Shown: in pieces, positions 17,433 to 29,147 of the stretch
Numbering within the stretch: the first letter of the stretch is position 1
How the letters are laid out: the number at the start of each line of letters is the position of its first letter
Virus record (IMG/VR): IMGVR_UViG_3300005747_000012
Span: 1 to 64,000 of that record
Reading direction: 5' to 3' (one strand)
Source: a virus
Length of the DNA: 64,000 nt
Translations under genes and position numbers: made by a program
Notes under the pieces: generated by a model
The model's input: the letters and a program-made list of their open reading frames with translations, nothing else
Database searches by the model: none
Told to the model about the DNA's origin: nothing

Positions 17433-19427
17433 TTAGAAATCTATATTAGGAATTCCGGGATACAACCTACATCCCCAATATGTCATTTTATTGTGGTCAA
17501 AGTGCTTGTCATTCTTGAACTTCCAGATACACGCATCCTCAAAGCTAATACCAGAGCTAACCCCTAACTTCACCGGTTTAGTCTTTTTACCTTCGGTCTC
17601 ATTGGCACAATAGCCCTCAGCCCAAATCTCATACTCCCTGATCACATCAGCTTTTCTCAGGTGATTCTCTATAACAATTTGAGCACAGTGCAACAAATAC
17701 TCTTTCTGTTTCTTTTCCAATTTAGCCGGTGTCATAGCCCGGACAAGCTCAGATGCGATTAGCTTAATGTTCATCAAACGCCCCCAATTCTATGAGACTC
17801 TTCACTGTCATACGTTTTGCCTGTACAAGCTCCAAAATCTCTTTAGATTGTTTTTTGTCTGACATAGTGTCTAATTTCCAATTTATTGTACCCAAATCTT
17901 TTTCAAGTGTTTGAATTAACTCATCTTTATCCATTATAACCTCCAAAAATCAACAGCCATGAGAGTATCACACACAGCCCAATTAGTAAATCCATTGTCT
18001 CATCACTTTTCATATTTCACCCCTATCTTTCTTAATCCTTTCTACATAGCTTCTAGCTGACTCTGGATAAACCCATTCCTCACCGTCAGGTGTAACCATG
18101 CGAATTGTGATTGGCTTCTTTGGATTCAGTGCTTCGTGCATGAGCCTGTCATATTCGTCTTTGAAAGGTGTGCCGGGGCCAGAGTGTGGCTTACAAGTCC
18201 AACCCTTCATATGGTGTGTCGGAAGGTCGTGGCTTGTCATCACACGACTGTTTTTCACCCTGTCCCATAACTTGTCGTATTCTGTGTCGGAAATTATTTT
18301 GTACATCGCTGCCTACTTTATGCCGATAACCCAATGGTATAAGCTGTCATGATCACATTCAAAGTCACATTCATGAACTGTGCCGCAGTTTTTACACGTT
18401 TCATCATCACCAAAGCCTTCAGTGTACTCATTTTCTACTCCACAATGAAAGCAATCGTATGTATCCATTATCCATCCAGTTCTTCGTCATAGTCAAACAT
18501 ATTATTTTCAACAGCCTTCATCATATCTTTTTCACTGTTGTAACTACCCATCCATTTAGCCAATGCATGATATAACCTCTCAGCATCCTCTGGACCCATG
18601 TTAATTTTTGTCAGAAAATCACCTTTTTTTATGCTTAAGTAGCTGTTATCATGTGTTGCTTGCTCATAATAGCTAAAAATATCAGCAGTTGTCTGGTATT
18701 CCCACCAACATTCAACATCTACCATATCAAGATAGTAATCTTGCTTTGCTTTTCTTCTATAGCTTTTCCAAGTAGCCACCCTGTCTCCTTTTTTTAGACA
18801 TTTAGCGTATTTTTGTCAAAAAATTCACCCCAAAAAGTCTTGTTTCTTTTATATATCCAATTCTTCATTGTATTTTTTCTTATACAGATATTTGTACAGT
18901 TTTTTGCTTTCAAATACAATCTCAAGATGTCCCATTCTTAAGAAAATTAGTGGAATTTCGCCATCTGGACGATATGGATTGGTTTCGCAAAAATCTAGAT
19001 ACATTTCTCTTATCTTATACAAGGAAAAATGTACGTTAAAGATAGAGATATCAAAAAAAGGTATTGCAAAATCCATATTTTCCATTTTTTTTATAGATTC
19101 TTTTATTTTTTCGTCTAAATTCATGTATTTACCTTGTTTTTAACGAAAAATTCGCCTCAAAAAGTCTTTTAGATAATATTATTCTTTTATTTTACCATTT
19201 TTAACAGCTTTAACGTAGTCATTTAGAGTCAAACCATGATTTCCTGCTCTAATTTCAAGAATTCCTTGATGAGTTTTTGGGGAATATGTTGCTTTTAAAC
19301 TTTTGTGCTCTTTAAAATTCAAGAATCCAGCCTTTTCCAACTCTTCACAAATAGCATTAGCTGGCCAATTTTGGTGTTTTTCTAGAACATTTGTAATAAT
19401 TTCAATTGCTTTTTGTTTAATTTTCAT
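17433..19427 (-). CDS. Cluster of small hypothetical genes (17433-17777, 17764-17946, 18010-18306, 18468-18779, 18849-19124, 19179-19427)
   Basis: Co-directional, closely packed ORFs, several with RBS; no family recognised. Confidence 0.6.
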
Positions 19428-19569
19428 AAAAAAATCTCTTTTTCAATAAATATTATCAATTTTTTTGTGTTATGTCAACGAAAAGTCTAATATTGTCTTT
19501 ACCCGTAATCTTTAATATGTGTCCGTTTTTTATGATATTATGGATGTGAGATAATAAAAAAGGAAAAAA

Positions 19570-22029
19570 ATGCCAATAAATGATGGTTCAATTATAGTAA
19601 GTATTAAAGCAGGCGATACTTCAGATATTGAACGAAAAATCTCTGAATTACAAAGAAAACTTCGGTCTCTGCGTGAGACAGGGCCGGGTGGTACTTATTC
19701 TCAACTAGCAGATGTATATAGAAGTCGTGGTGACGAACAAAGAGCACAGCAAATTGAAAACTACAGAAGGACTCAGGAAAGAGCTGGTAAAAGAGAACTT
19801 CAAGCTGACCTTAGAAATCAAAACAAAGAACTTAAAGAAATTGAACAAAGACAAAAAAATATTCAATCTATTATTGACCGTGGAAACGCAAGCCAAGAAA
19901 GAGCCGTTAAAGCTGCTGAGAATTTGAAAAGAATTAAACAAGAGCATCTTGATATTTCAAAACAAATTGTTGACACTGAAACTCAACTGGCTCAAATACA
20001 ACAAGCCCAATATAAGCAAGATTTTAGAAATGCTTTAGGTAAGGGTGATTTTCGTGGTATGTTTGATGCTATGAAAAAAATGGGACCAGCCGCAGTTTTA
20101 AATCTTGCTGGTACTGCTGCTGCTGCTGCTGGTGGTGCGGTTGGTGGTGCCATGCAAACGTATGGTAATTTCAGATATATGCAAGCTCAACTTCCAGCAA
20201 GACAGGCTGGTCGAGAAGCTAATATTGCTCAAAGCACAACTCAATTAAGAGGAAGAGCAATTAATGAGCAAAGTGCTGAAGATATTTTATTTGCACCAGA
20301 AAGAGCAAAGGCTATTGGTGAAACAGCAGATTTTTTTCAACAAGCAAATGAAGCCAGAAAAACAAGAGCAACAGGTAAGGCTGTAGTAGCTGGAGCTGGT
20401 ATGCTTGGGGCTGGCGTAATTGGTGCTATGACAGGTTCCGCTTTAGGTCCAATTGGTACGGTTCTTGGTGGCGTTGGTGGTGCTGCTTTAGCTGGGTTAG
20501 GTTTTGGTCAGGATGAAGAAACTTATTATGGTTTAACTGGAAATACACAAGCTCTTCAACAAATGACCGCCGAAGATGCAACGAAAAAATATGAAACATT
20601 TAAAATTAAAAGTAGACTTCAAGACCCAACTAAATATTATCAAAAGAAATTCTTATCAGATAATAGAGAAAGACTTCTTGCAATACAAAGGTCTGCTGGT
20701 ATGTCTGATGAAGGTATGTTTGGCCAAGGTGGTTTCTTACAAAGAGGTGGAGACCAATTTTTAGCTTCTGAAAGAATGGGTATGCAACAACAAATTGTTG
20801 GTGCCGGTGGTGGTGGTGCTAGTTCAGCATTACTTAATGTTACTGCACTACAGGCTCAAAGGTCTTTTGGACTAACAAATTCAGGTCAGGCTATGGGTAG
20901 GCTTGCAAATTATATGAACGCTCAAGAGTCTGAGCAGGCTTTCGTAAGAGTTCTTGCTAAAGGTGTTAGTGAGGGTATGTCTGATACTGAGGTTTTAAAA
21001 GATTACCTAGACCAAGTTACAACTATTGCTCAAAGTATTGGTGGAAACGAAGATTTTGTTAGAAATATGCTAGGTGCTGGTATGGGCGATAACATGACCA
21101 GAAGAGGGCTTCAATTCTCAGCAGAAGGTTTTAAAAATTTAGCTGACAAACTTTCGGCTGGTCAAGGCCCAACAGCAGCAGCTAGAAATCGCTTAATTGG
21201 CGAAAACAAGGAAATGTTTGGAAATATTAAGGGGTTAGATAGAGTTAGGTTTCAAAATTTAGATATTAGAGATATCGACCCAGAATCAAGGGAGTTTAAA
21301 GGTTTTTATAGGCTTGCTGGAGGTAATGAAAAATTTGGTGAGGGTGGTATTGAAAAGTTTGCAGAGGAAACTAGAAAAACTTTTGCTAAAGCCATGTTTC
21401 TTCCTTATAGACATACAAAAGAGGGAAAAAGAGCAATAAAATTGCTAGAAATGGACCCTGATAAAATGAGTGAAGAAGACAAGCAGGACCTTACAAGATA
21501 TTACAACATGTTCCAACCAGAGAAAATAAGGTCTAGGGTAGGTGAGGCTGAAGCTGGTGGGTTGCAAAGTATAATCGGGGGGATTTCTGAGAAAGAAAAA
21601 CAAAGACAAGCAGAAATGGAAGGGCTTGTAAAAAGAAGAAATGCTGGAATTCCATTAACTGAAGAACAAGAAAAAATGATTGGTGGAATGGGGCGTGGTG
21701 CCGAAAGAATGGGTGAGCAAACAAAAGCAGGCATGGCAAAAACTCAAAATGAAGCTTTTCAAGATATTGGAAATACTGTAAATGAACTTGTTGAAAATAT
21801 GTCAAAGAATATACAGCAAACTATTGCAGATAAAGTTACTATGGAAGAGTTTAATAGAGTTTTAAAAGAAGGTGGTAAAGAAGCTGTCGCAATATTCATA
21901 GAAGAACTTAAAAAAGTAAATCAGACTAATCAAGAGAAAGATAATACAGATAATACTAATAAAAATGAACAGCCTAAATACCAAGATGGTAACAAAAAGA
22001 AAATTAATATAAAACCCAAAAAGAGATAA
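19570..22029 (+). CDS. Tape-measure-like tail protein
   Basis: 819 aa; N-terminal coiled coil and Gly/Ala-rich hydrophobic segments; first gene of the tail module. Confidence 0.7.
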   Translation: MPINDGSIIVSIKAGDTSDIERKISELQRKLRSLRETGPGGTYSQLADVYRSRGDEQRAQQIENYRRTQERAGKRELQADLRNQNKELKEIEQRQKNIQSIIDRGNASQERAVKAAENLKRIKQEHLDISKQIVDTETQLAQIQQAQYKQDFRNALGKGDFRGMFDAMKKMGPAAVLNLAGTAAAAAGGAVGGAMQTYGNFRYMQAQLPARQAGREANIAQSTTQLRGRAINEQSAEDILFAPERAKAIGETADFFQQANEARKTRATGKAVVAGAGMLGAGVIGAMTGSALGPIGTVLGGVGGAALAGLGFGQDEETYYGLTGNTQALQQMTAEDATKKYETFKIKSRLQDPTKYYQKKFLSDNRERLLAIQRSAGMSDEGMFGQGGFLQRGGDQFLASERMGMQQQIVGAGGGGASSALLNVTALQAQRSFGLTNSGQAMGRLANYMNAQESEQAFVRVLAKGVSEGMSDTEVLKDYLDQVTTIAQSIGGNEDFVRNMLGAGMGDNMTRRGLQFSAEGFKNLADKLSAGQGPTAAARNRLIGENKEMFGNIKGLDRVRFQNLDIRDIDPESREFKGFYRLAGGNEKFGEGGIEKFAEETRKTFAKAMFLPYRHTKEGKRAIKLLEMDPDKMSEEDKQDLTRYYNMFQPEKIRSRVGEAEAGGLQSIIGGISEKEKQRQAEMEGLVKRRNAGIPLTEEQEKMIGGMGRGAERMGEQTKAGMAKTQNEAFQDIGNTVNELVENMSKNIQQTIADKVTMEEFNRVLKEGGKEAVAIFIEELKKVNQTNQEKDNTDNTNKNEQPKYQDGNKKKINIKPKKR

Positions 22030-22037
22030 GGTAATAA

Positions 22038-23867
22038 ATGTCTGCTAAAGCATATACAAAATATATAGGCAAAAACACTGATGATTCTCATCAAATAAGC
22101 CCCCATTGGCTTGTTACATTTATTAGGTTTAACAATAGAGATACAAGTAGTTATAAAGTTGGAGTAAGGGGGCCAGAACCTACTAGGAGACCTTTGATAG
22201 TTGAAAATGACTGTATTTCTGTATCTGTATCTACTTCAAAATCAAACCCAACACCAAATGCTTTAATGCTATTAGCTTCTGGTGATATTAACTATGGAAC
22301 TACCATAGCTCCGGGTGATTTTGTTATGATAAACATGGTAAATAGTTCCAAAAAAGCCCGTGAGCTTAGAATCAGGGCTGGAAATAACCAGCCAATAAAT
22401 AGAGTCGGAGATGGGTTTAAAGGTGTTTTTAAAGTAAACAGTGTAAATAAAATTATTAATACTGACCCTGCATCTGGTATTAAAACTCTTAGATATCAAG
22501 TAACTGCATATGGTTTTACAGAATTTAACAATATTATTTATTTCAACCCTACTTTACAAAAAACAATTAATGAAGATGTTTTAACCTATGCTATTAATCA
22601 AGATTTATTGGGTATTTTAAACAGTAAGCTTTTCATTCAAGAAGTTTTAAAACGCTTACCATACGCTTTGCTAGGCGGTAATGATATTAGTGTTACAGAC
22701 CCAGATGTAGTTCTTTCTACGGTAAAGGTTCCATATGAAATACCACTATCTGTATTTACCTTAATGGGACTGACAGGTTTAAAAGGTAAAAATTTTGCTA
22801 TCAATTTGTATAGAATTATGATTGGTAAGTGGGGGAAAACAGTAACATCTAAGAACGCTAGTGAATCAATTGGTTTTAACCCTAAATATACTCAAACTGG
22901 AAGTACACAAGAAACTTTGGAAACTCTTGATGGGAGAGTTCCTGTTCAAAGCTCTCCTTTAACAAATTTGAGACTTTTTGATTTAATGAAAAGATATTCT
23001 AATGAATTAATTAATGAGATGTATTCTTGTTATAGAATAGATTTAGAAACGGGCTTGGTTTTACCAAAATTGATTATTAGACAAAAACCCTTTAATACTG
23101 AGCATGGTAGTACAAAAGATGGTCCTAAAGGCAAGGCTCATGATGGGACTAGATTTCTTACATTACCTAGATGGAAAATTTCGGCAGATTTAATTTATAG
23201 CCTAAATATATCCAAAAATGAATCGCTTAGATTTAACTTTGTACATATTATTGGGACAACAGGACACTCCCAACAGGATAACGCTATATTAGCTGATGGA
23301 AATGCAAACCAAAAAGTTATACATTATGACAAAGAAGATGTTAAAAGACATGGGCTAAGGCCTTATACTAAAATATCTAATTTTGATTGGGGTGAAGAAG
23401 GTATTAAATCTTACTCACCTCATTGGGCAGAGTTGTGTTACGATTGGGTACACGGCGGTCATTTAAAAGCTAACGGAACAATGGTTTCTGTTGGTGTAGA
23501 AGAAGATATATGTATTGGAGATAATTTAGAATTTCAAGATACAGTATATCATATTGAAAGTATTACACATTCTGGGACAATTGGACCAAATGGTATTAAA
23601 ATGTTTAGAACTAATTTGGAATTAACTCATGGTATTGACCGTAGAAGTGACATAAAAGGCCCTGTATATCCTGAAATGGATTACACAGATACTTTAACTG
23701 ATAGATTGCATGATTATGATAGTGGTTACGGTGTTTTACCCGGCTTTTCAGATACTCAGGATATTCTTGGTAGAGATTATGGGGAAGAAACTAAGGAAAC
23801 TAAAGAAGTATCTTATACACCACTTGGTTTGAAAAAACCAAATAAAATAAAAGATGAAGAGAATTAG
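22038..23867 (+). CDS. Baseplate hub-like protein
   Basis: Lies after the TMP and before the spike; VKRHGLR and ICIGDNL...YHIESITH pattern typical of gp27/gpD-type hubs. Confidence 0.65.
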   Translation: MSAKAYTKYIGKNTDDSHQISPHWLVTFIRFNNRDTSSYKVGVRGPEPTRRPLIVENDCISVSVSTSKSNPTPNALMLLASGDINYGTTIAPGDFVMINMVNSSKKARELRIRAGNNQPINRVGDGFKGVFKVNSVNKIINTDPASGIKTLRYQVTAYGFTEFNNIIYFNPTLQKTINEDVLTYAINQDLLGILNSKLFIQEVLKRLPYALLGGNDISVTDPDVVLSTVKVPYEIPLSVFTLMGLTGLKGKNFAINLYRIMIGKWGKTVTSKNASESIGFNPKYTQTGSTQETLETLDGRVPVQSSPLTNLRLFDLMKRYSNELINEMYSCYRIDLETGLVLPKLIIRQKPFNTEHGSTKDGPKGKAHDGTRFLTLPRWKISADLIYSLNISKNESLRFNFVHIIGTTGHSQQDNAILADGNANQKVIHYDKEDVKRHGLRPYTKISNFDWGEEGIKSYSPHWAELCYDWVHGGHLKANGTMVSVGVEEDICIGDNLEFQDTVYHIESITHSGTIGPNGIKMFRTNLELTHGIDRRSDIKGPVYPEMDYTDTLTDRLHDYDSGYGVLPGFSDTQDILGRDYGEETKETKEVSYTPLGLKKPNKIKDEEN

Positions 23868-23869
23868 AT

Positions 23870-24949
23870 ATGACAGATTTTTATGATGACAATGAAGATG
23901 TTGTAAACTCAAGCCTATACAGTATTGAAGATAATACTGATGAAGAGTATTACAAAAATATATTCAATGATTCCTCTTTGAAAGTAGGTATTGTTATAAA
24001 GGCTTATGAAATTGATGATAAATTAAATAAAAATAAAAAAATTCCAGAATATGATATTCTTGTTGTGGAACAAAAAGAGACATCAACTATGGAACCTTTG
24101 GTTTACAAAAACTGTATTTCAATAGACGGATTTGGTGGGGTTGCAGATTTTTTTGAATATAAACTTAGACCAGTTAAAACAGATGAAAAAGATACCAAAG
24201 CATTTATCAATACAAATTTTGAAAAACAATTTGGCAACATGGTGTTATTACTATGCCTTGATGGGGTGAGGGATAAGGGAATTATTATTAAATCAGTATC
24301 CCACAAAGGAAGAAAGACCAATTTAACAAAAGATAATGGTTTACATCTTGAAGGTCAATATAATGGTCTAAATTGGCAAATTAATAAAGATGGTGAATTA
24401 AAAATTACCTATAAATCAAAAACTGATGAAAAAGGCAAGCCTGCTGATGAAAAAGCTGGCGGTACACATTTTCAAATAGATAAAAAAGGTTCTGTTGATA
24501 TAAATACCAATCTTGAAGGTGATGATGAAACCTATATGAGAATGGATAAGGAAAATAAAGATGTTGGACTAAAAGCTGGTGCCAATATTGGACTCACAGC
24601 AAAAAAAAATATTGGGTTTAATGCTGAAGCTGATATTAAAGGTGCCGCAAAAGCCAATGTTGAATTTGCGGCTGAAGGGTCTGCAAAATTTACATCAAAA
24701 TCTTCATTTAAAATTGAATCTGACTCTGCTTTAAACATGAAAGGTGCAAGTATTAAGGCTGAATCGGATGATAATTTTTTTATAAAAGGAACTCAAGTTT
24801 TTATAGATGCACCTATGACACAAGTGGGTACAGCAGCTCTACCAGCAGTTGTTCCTACAACATTTTTTCTAGGTATTGGTAACTTAGGTGTTCCGATTTT
24901 ATCAGTAGCAGTTGGTCCATTTAGTGGTAGTGTAATGATAGGAATTTAA
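23870..24949 (+). CDS. Baseplate central spike (gpV/gp5-like)
   Basis: N-terminal OB-like region followed by short beta-helix-type repeats (GLKAGANIGLTAKKNIGFNAEADI). Confidence 0.7.
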   Translation: MTDFYDDNEDVVNSSLYSIEDNTDEEYYKNIFNDSSLKVGIVIKAYEIDDKLNKNKKIPEYDILVVEQKETSTMEPLVYKNCISIDGFGGVADFFEYKLRPVKTDEKDTKAFINTNFEKQFGNMVLLLCLDGVRDKGIIIKSVSHKGRKTNLTKDNGLHLEGQYNGLNWQINKDGELKITYKSKTDEKGKPADEKAGGTHFQIDKKGSVDINTNLEGDDETYMRMDKENKDVGLKAGANIGLTAKKNIGFNAEADIKGAAKANVEFAAEGSAKFTSKSSFKIESDSALNMKGASIKAESDDNFFIKGTQVFIDAPMTQVGTAALPAVVPTTFFLGIGNLGVPILSVAVGPFSGSVMIGI

Positions 24950-24955
24950 TGAATA

Positions 24956-25186
24956 ATGTTAAAAAAAAGACAACTTTTATTTGCAATAAAATGCAAAATA
25001 TGTAATAATGAATTTGTATATTGTTTAAAATCTGGAAAAGATTTTAGATGTTATGATTGCAAAAAAAATTCAATGACAGTTGAAGAGGTTGAAAAAGAAC
25101 TTGAGGAAATGTCAGATGAAGAATATCAATCATTTATGGACGACATAAAAGAGCACGAAGAAGAAGTTAATAAAAAAAAGTTGTGA
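24956..25186 (+). CDS. Zn-ribbon small protein
   Basis: CKIC and CYDC pairs. Confidence 0.55.
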   Translation: MLKKRQLLFAIKCKICNNEFVYCLKSGKDFRCYDCKKNSMTVEEVEKELEEMSDEEYQSFMDDIKEHEEEVNKKKL

Positions 25187-25247
25187 TATTATATATATGA
25201 GGTTAGTTTTTCCACTTTATAATTGGGCGCAACCTCTCATGCGCCCG

Positions 25248-25273
25248 AAAAACCCTCTTCGGAGGGTTTTTTT
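25248..25273 (+). terminator. Bidirectional-type terminator
   Basis: AAAAACCCTC-TTCG-GAGGGTTTTTTT. Confidence 0.9.
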
Positions 25274-25284
25274 AGAGAAATTTT

Positions 25285-25560
25285 ATGTACGAAAAATTTT
25301 TAAAATTAAAAAAAGAAAAAGCTTGGTTATTTTACCTTCTTATTATTCCATTTTTAATTGTAGCAATATTAGAATTTTACAATAAATATTTAGTAAATAG
25401 TGGGAAAGAAATTGTAAAAAAAGCCGAAGAGCAAAATGGTAATTTGGAAAAAAACCAAATGAAAGCCGAGGCCGGGGCAGATTATCACGAAGAAAAATCT
25501 AATAAGATAGAAGAAGATATTAACAAAAAAAAGGTTGATAAAAATTGGCATCTGAAATAA
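25285..25560 (+). CDS. Single-TM membrane protein with coiled coil (i-spanin-like topology)
   Basis: WLFYLLIIPFLIVAIL TM segment followed by a charged helix. Confidence 0.55.
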   Translation: MYEKFLKLKKEKAWLFYLLIIPFLIVAILEFYNKYLVNSGKEIVKKAEEQNGNLEKNQMKAEAGADYHEEKSNKIEEDINKKKVDKNWHLK

Positions 25561-26102
25561 TGGAATATTTAGAATATGCATATAGATTAATAGTTGGAAA
25601 CTTTCAGCTTATTGCTGGGATTACACTTGTTTTTATGCTTTTTAAAGATAGGGAACAGTTAAAAATTAAATGGGATAAAATGTCCGTTTTTGTTGGTTTA
25701 ATGGTTTTTGTTTCTTTAGTCAGGCTTTGTTTAATAGATTTTCAAGTGTATGAGGATGGAATTAGCAAAATCCCTCAAGGATTCAACAGGTTAAGATTGC
25801 ACAAATTTCTTTGGGTGGGACTTGAAGATGTATTTTTTGTAATGATCCCAATATATATTACAAAATTTTGCAAAACTAAAATATTAAGATTTGCAATATG
25901 GTCTTTGTTTACTGCCATGTTCGCTCTTGGACATAGTTACCAAGGAGTCAGTGCAATTTTTATTACTGGATTATACCCTTATTTTATTTCAAGATATTTT
26001 ACTTTAAAAACAAGTTTGGCAACTGTAATGGCTTGCCATTTTATATATGATTGCTTTACCTTTCTTACGGTAAAAATTAGTCGAATACTTCCGTACCTGT
26101 AA
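25545..26102 (+). CDS. CPBP/CAAX (Rce1/Abi-like) intramembrane protease
   Basis: Multiple TM segments; LEDVFF, FALGHSYQG and HFIYD motifs. Confidence 0.8.
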   Translation: MASEIMEYLEYAYRLIVGNFQLIAGITLVFMLFKDREQLKIKWDKMSVFVGLMVFVSLVRLCLIDFQVYEDGISKIPQGFNRLRLHKFLWVGLEDVFFVMIPIYITKFCKTKILRFAIWSLFTAMFALGHSYQGVSAIFITGLYPYFISRYFTLKTSLATVMACHFIYDCFTFLTVKISRILPYL

Positions 26103-26139
26103 AACGGTATTAATTTTACGCTAACAGATTTGTGATATT

Positions 26140-27767
26140 ATGTTGGCGTACTGCGTTAAAGGGATTTTTATGGCCGAATCTGTAAATCAAAGATGGTATA
26201 GATGGGATAAGTTGGCAAACGATAATAAACATGATGAAATAGTTAAAGAATTTGACGACATGCTTAGAAAAAATATTAAGGTAACAGTTGGAGATTTGAC
26301 AAGAAGAGACATGGCTTTAGAAGAAATGGGGGTCATGTCTTTAAGTAAAAACGCTTTAAAAAAGAGGGGATATGGAAAAGGAAGAAAAAACAATTTATAA
26401 TCTAAAAATGGAATTGGCAACAATTATAATGGGTTATGAAAAAGAATTGTTAAAATGTGATCGTGAGGAAATATCTGATTTTTCTCAGGGTTGTATGGAA
26501 AGATATTTTCAAATTATGAAAGAGCTTAAGTGTGAAGGTGATTTAAATGGGTAAAATATTTGAGTTAGAAAAAATTAAGTATGATAAAAAAACTAAAGAA
26601 GAAAGTTTGGCCCCATTTTCAATTTACAAAAATGATATTATATGTTTTTATAAAGACAAAAAAGGCGTTTTTATTATTACAAAACAAGGTTTTATGCATA
26701 AAATGCCCTACAGTATTGGTGAAATAAAAAAATACTTGGAGATGTGATGGGGTCAAAATTTAAATATGGCGACGAAGTAATTGTATCAGGTCATCATGGT
26801 AAAGTAAAATCAATAAGAAAAGATGGGCAAAAATACTATTGCACTGTAAAATTTGAAAACAATTATTTGATACCGCCAGAAATGGAATATGATCAAGACT
26901 ATATAAAGCTTAAAGATTCAAATAAAAATCTTTGCCCTTTTTGTAAAACAAGATGGAATGTAACTAAATTTAACATGAATGTGTGGAAAGATTGTTTAAA
27001 ATGTAACAAAACCCAAGAAGAGTTGTTGAAAATTAAACAAAATGAAAAAGAAAAAGATTATTTTTCTTTAAATTCTTCAAAAGAAGAAGAAAAAGAAAAA
27101 ATGCTTAGAGATTTTGAGAAAATGTTGGATAATAAAATTGATGATAATAACGACGATGATGACGATGATGATTTGGATTTTTTTGACTATATAGTTCCTT
27201 TTTAAAAGTGGGTTTAGTAGTGACTGTTGCTGATTACAATAAAGATTGGGAAAAATTTAGGGCTTATATTGAAAAAAAAATAAAAGGAAAATGTGAATTA
27301 AACAATAAAAATTGGTTAAAGTTAAGAGATTTTCATTTTGAAGAATTTATAAAGAAAATATCTCATCCATACGGGTTTTTATTTAAAATGATTTATATGA
27401 GCACTGTACACAAGGAAATACCCTGTATTCATAAGATATATACAAAATACAGAAAGGAAAAACAAGAGCAGTTAATATCAACATTTAGGTTAAAAAGCAA
27501 GGCATCAGCCTACAGGAAATATAGATGAAAAAAAAATACAGATCATTTTTAGGATATATTAGTTTTATTTGGATGGTTTCTATAATTATTTTTATGTTAA
27601 CATCCCTTTCCTCTTGCTCTAATTTGGAGTGTTGTAATATTCAGGGGGTTAACGTGCAACCTTGCTCCGTTATTCAAGATAAAGATGAAAAACAAAAATG
27701 CAACAAAAAAGAGATGGAATATTATCACCATACTGGTTGGAGATATGAAAAACGTAAACAAAGATAG
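26140..27767 (+). CDS. Run of small hypothetical genes (26140-26400, 26372-26554, 26547-26747, 26744-27205, 27208-27528, 27525-27767)
   Basis: Overlapping co-directional ORFs; the last has a lipobox-like LSSC. Confidence 0.6.
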
Positions 27768-27772
27768 GAATT

Positions 27773-28417
27773 ATGAAAACTATGCAAAAACACACAGAAT
27801 TTGAGACAAAATATCGTATTGAAGGCGATAAAGTATTTGAATTTAAACAACTTGTTGAATCTATTGGAGAACCGTATGAATTTGTATATGTGCAAGGACC
27901 CGATTGGTATTACACAAAACCAGATGGTTCATTCTTAAGATATAGAAAAGCTGAAAATGACAAAAGCAACAGGGCTGAACTTACAATGAAGTCAAAGCCT
28001 AAAGGTGCTGAACATAATGTAATTAGAAAAGAAGTCAATCTTAGAGTTGATAAAAATAAATTTCATACAGTAGAAGCATTTGCAACAATGCTTGGCTATC
28101 AATTTAATTTTAAAATATGGAAAATGTGCCATATATATAATTTTAATGATGCAACCCTTGTTTTTTATACTGTCAGAGATGAAAAAGGTACAATGACGCA
28201 TTTTGTTGAAATTGAACTTGATGAAGATAACATACACAAGCTTACAGAAGAAGAGGCATGGAATATTGTAAGAAAATACGAAAGAGTACTTGCTCCAATT
28301 GGAATTACTCATAGACATAGGCTTAACAAAAGTTTATTTGAAATGTACGCAAACGATATTACCAAAGAAAACGCAATATCTTTTGATAAAAAAGATATGG
28401 AGTTAGTTAATGGATAA
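27773..28417 (+). CDS. CYTH domain protein (class IV adenylyl cyclase/triphosphate tunnel metalloenzyme)
   Basis: EFETKY (ExExK), FLRYRK, ELTMK, RKEVNL and FVEIE motifs. Confidence 0.85.
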   Translation: MKTMQKHTEFETKYRIEGDKVFEFKQLVESIGEPYEFVYVQGPDWYYTKPDGSFLRYRKAENDKSNRAELTMKSKPKGAEHNVIRKEVNLRVDKNKFHTVEAFATMLGYQFNFKIWKMCHIYNFNDATLVFYTVRDEKGTMTHFVEIELDEDNIHKLTEEEAWNIVRKYERVLAPIGITHRHRLNKSLFEMYANDITKENAISFDKKDMELVNG

Positions 28418-29126
28418 TTTGTTTTGGGAAGAAGATAAAAAAATAAAAACAGTAATTGGAATTGCTGGTGTAAAAACTGCTGGAAAATCAACAGTAGCTA
28501 ATATTGTCAAAGAATTATTGGGTAATGACGCTGAAGAGTGTGCATTAGCAGATAAGTTAAAAAATACTTGTGCTAAAGTATTCAATCTTAACAGAAAATA
28601 TTTTGACCTTCAAGAGTTAAAGGAAGTTCCATTTGAAAATCCCAAGCTTTTAGATCACGAAAGAATTGAGGAAATTCTAAGGGCTTTCAATATTGAATCC
28701 TCAGAAATGTTGATGAATTATTATTATGAGTATAATGTTGAGGGAATGCTTCTTGAAAGCCCACGCCATATTGCTCAAATTGTGGGTACAGAGGTTTTAA
28801 GAGCTGCTGGCGATGAAGATATTCATTGTAAAAATATGGAAATAAAAGAAGGTAAAATTACGATTGTTTCTGATTTAAGATTTCCAAATGAATTTGAGTA
28901 TTTTGTCAATGCTAAAGACATTGTGTTTTTGCCAATTTATGTTCAACGTAATAATGCCGAAAAATTAGTGACGAAAGATTCTCATCTTTCTGAGGCCTCT
29001 GTTTTTCTGTTTTCAGAAAGGTGTTTTGAAGTCAATAATAATGGTAGTTTAGAAGATTTGAAAAAACAAATTGCCGCACTTCTAGTACAAACAAGTTTTT
29101 TAGAAGATATGCCTAAGCAAGCGTAA
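28410..29126 (+). CDS. Deoxynucleoside monophosphate kinase (T4 gp1-like)
   Basis: IGIAGVKTAGKST P-loop, ADKLK, R..AQ.VGTE..R, SDLRFPNE and HLSE motifs. Confidence 0.9.
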   Translation: MDNLFWEEDKKIKTVIGIAGVKTAGKSTVANIVKELLGNDAEECALADKLKNTCAKVFNLNRKYFDLQELKEVPFENPKLLDHERIEEILRAFNIESSEMLMNYYYEYNVEGMLLESPRHIAQIVGTEVLRAAGDEDIHCKNMEIKEGKITIVSDLRFPNEFEYFVNAKDIVFLPIYVQRNNAEKLVTKDSHLSEASVFLFSERCFEVNNNGSLEDLKKQIAALLVQTSFLEDMPKQA

Positions 29127-29147
29127 TCTTTATAAAAAAGGAAAAAA

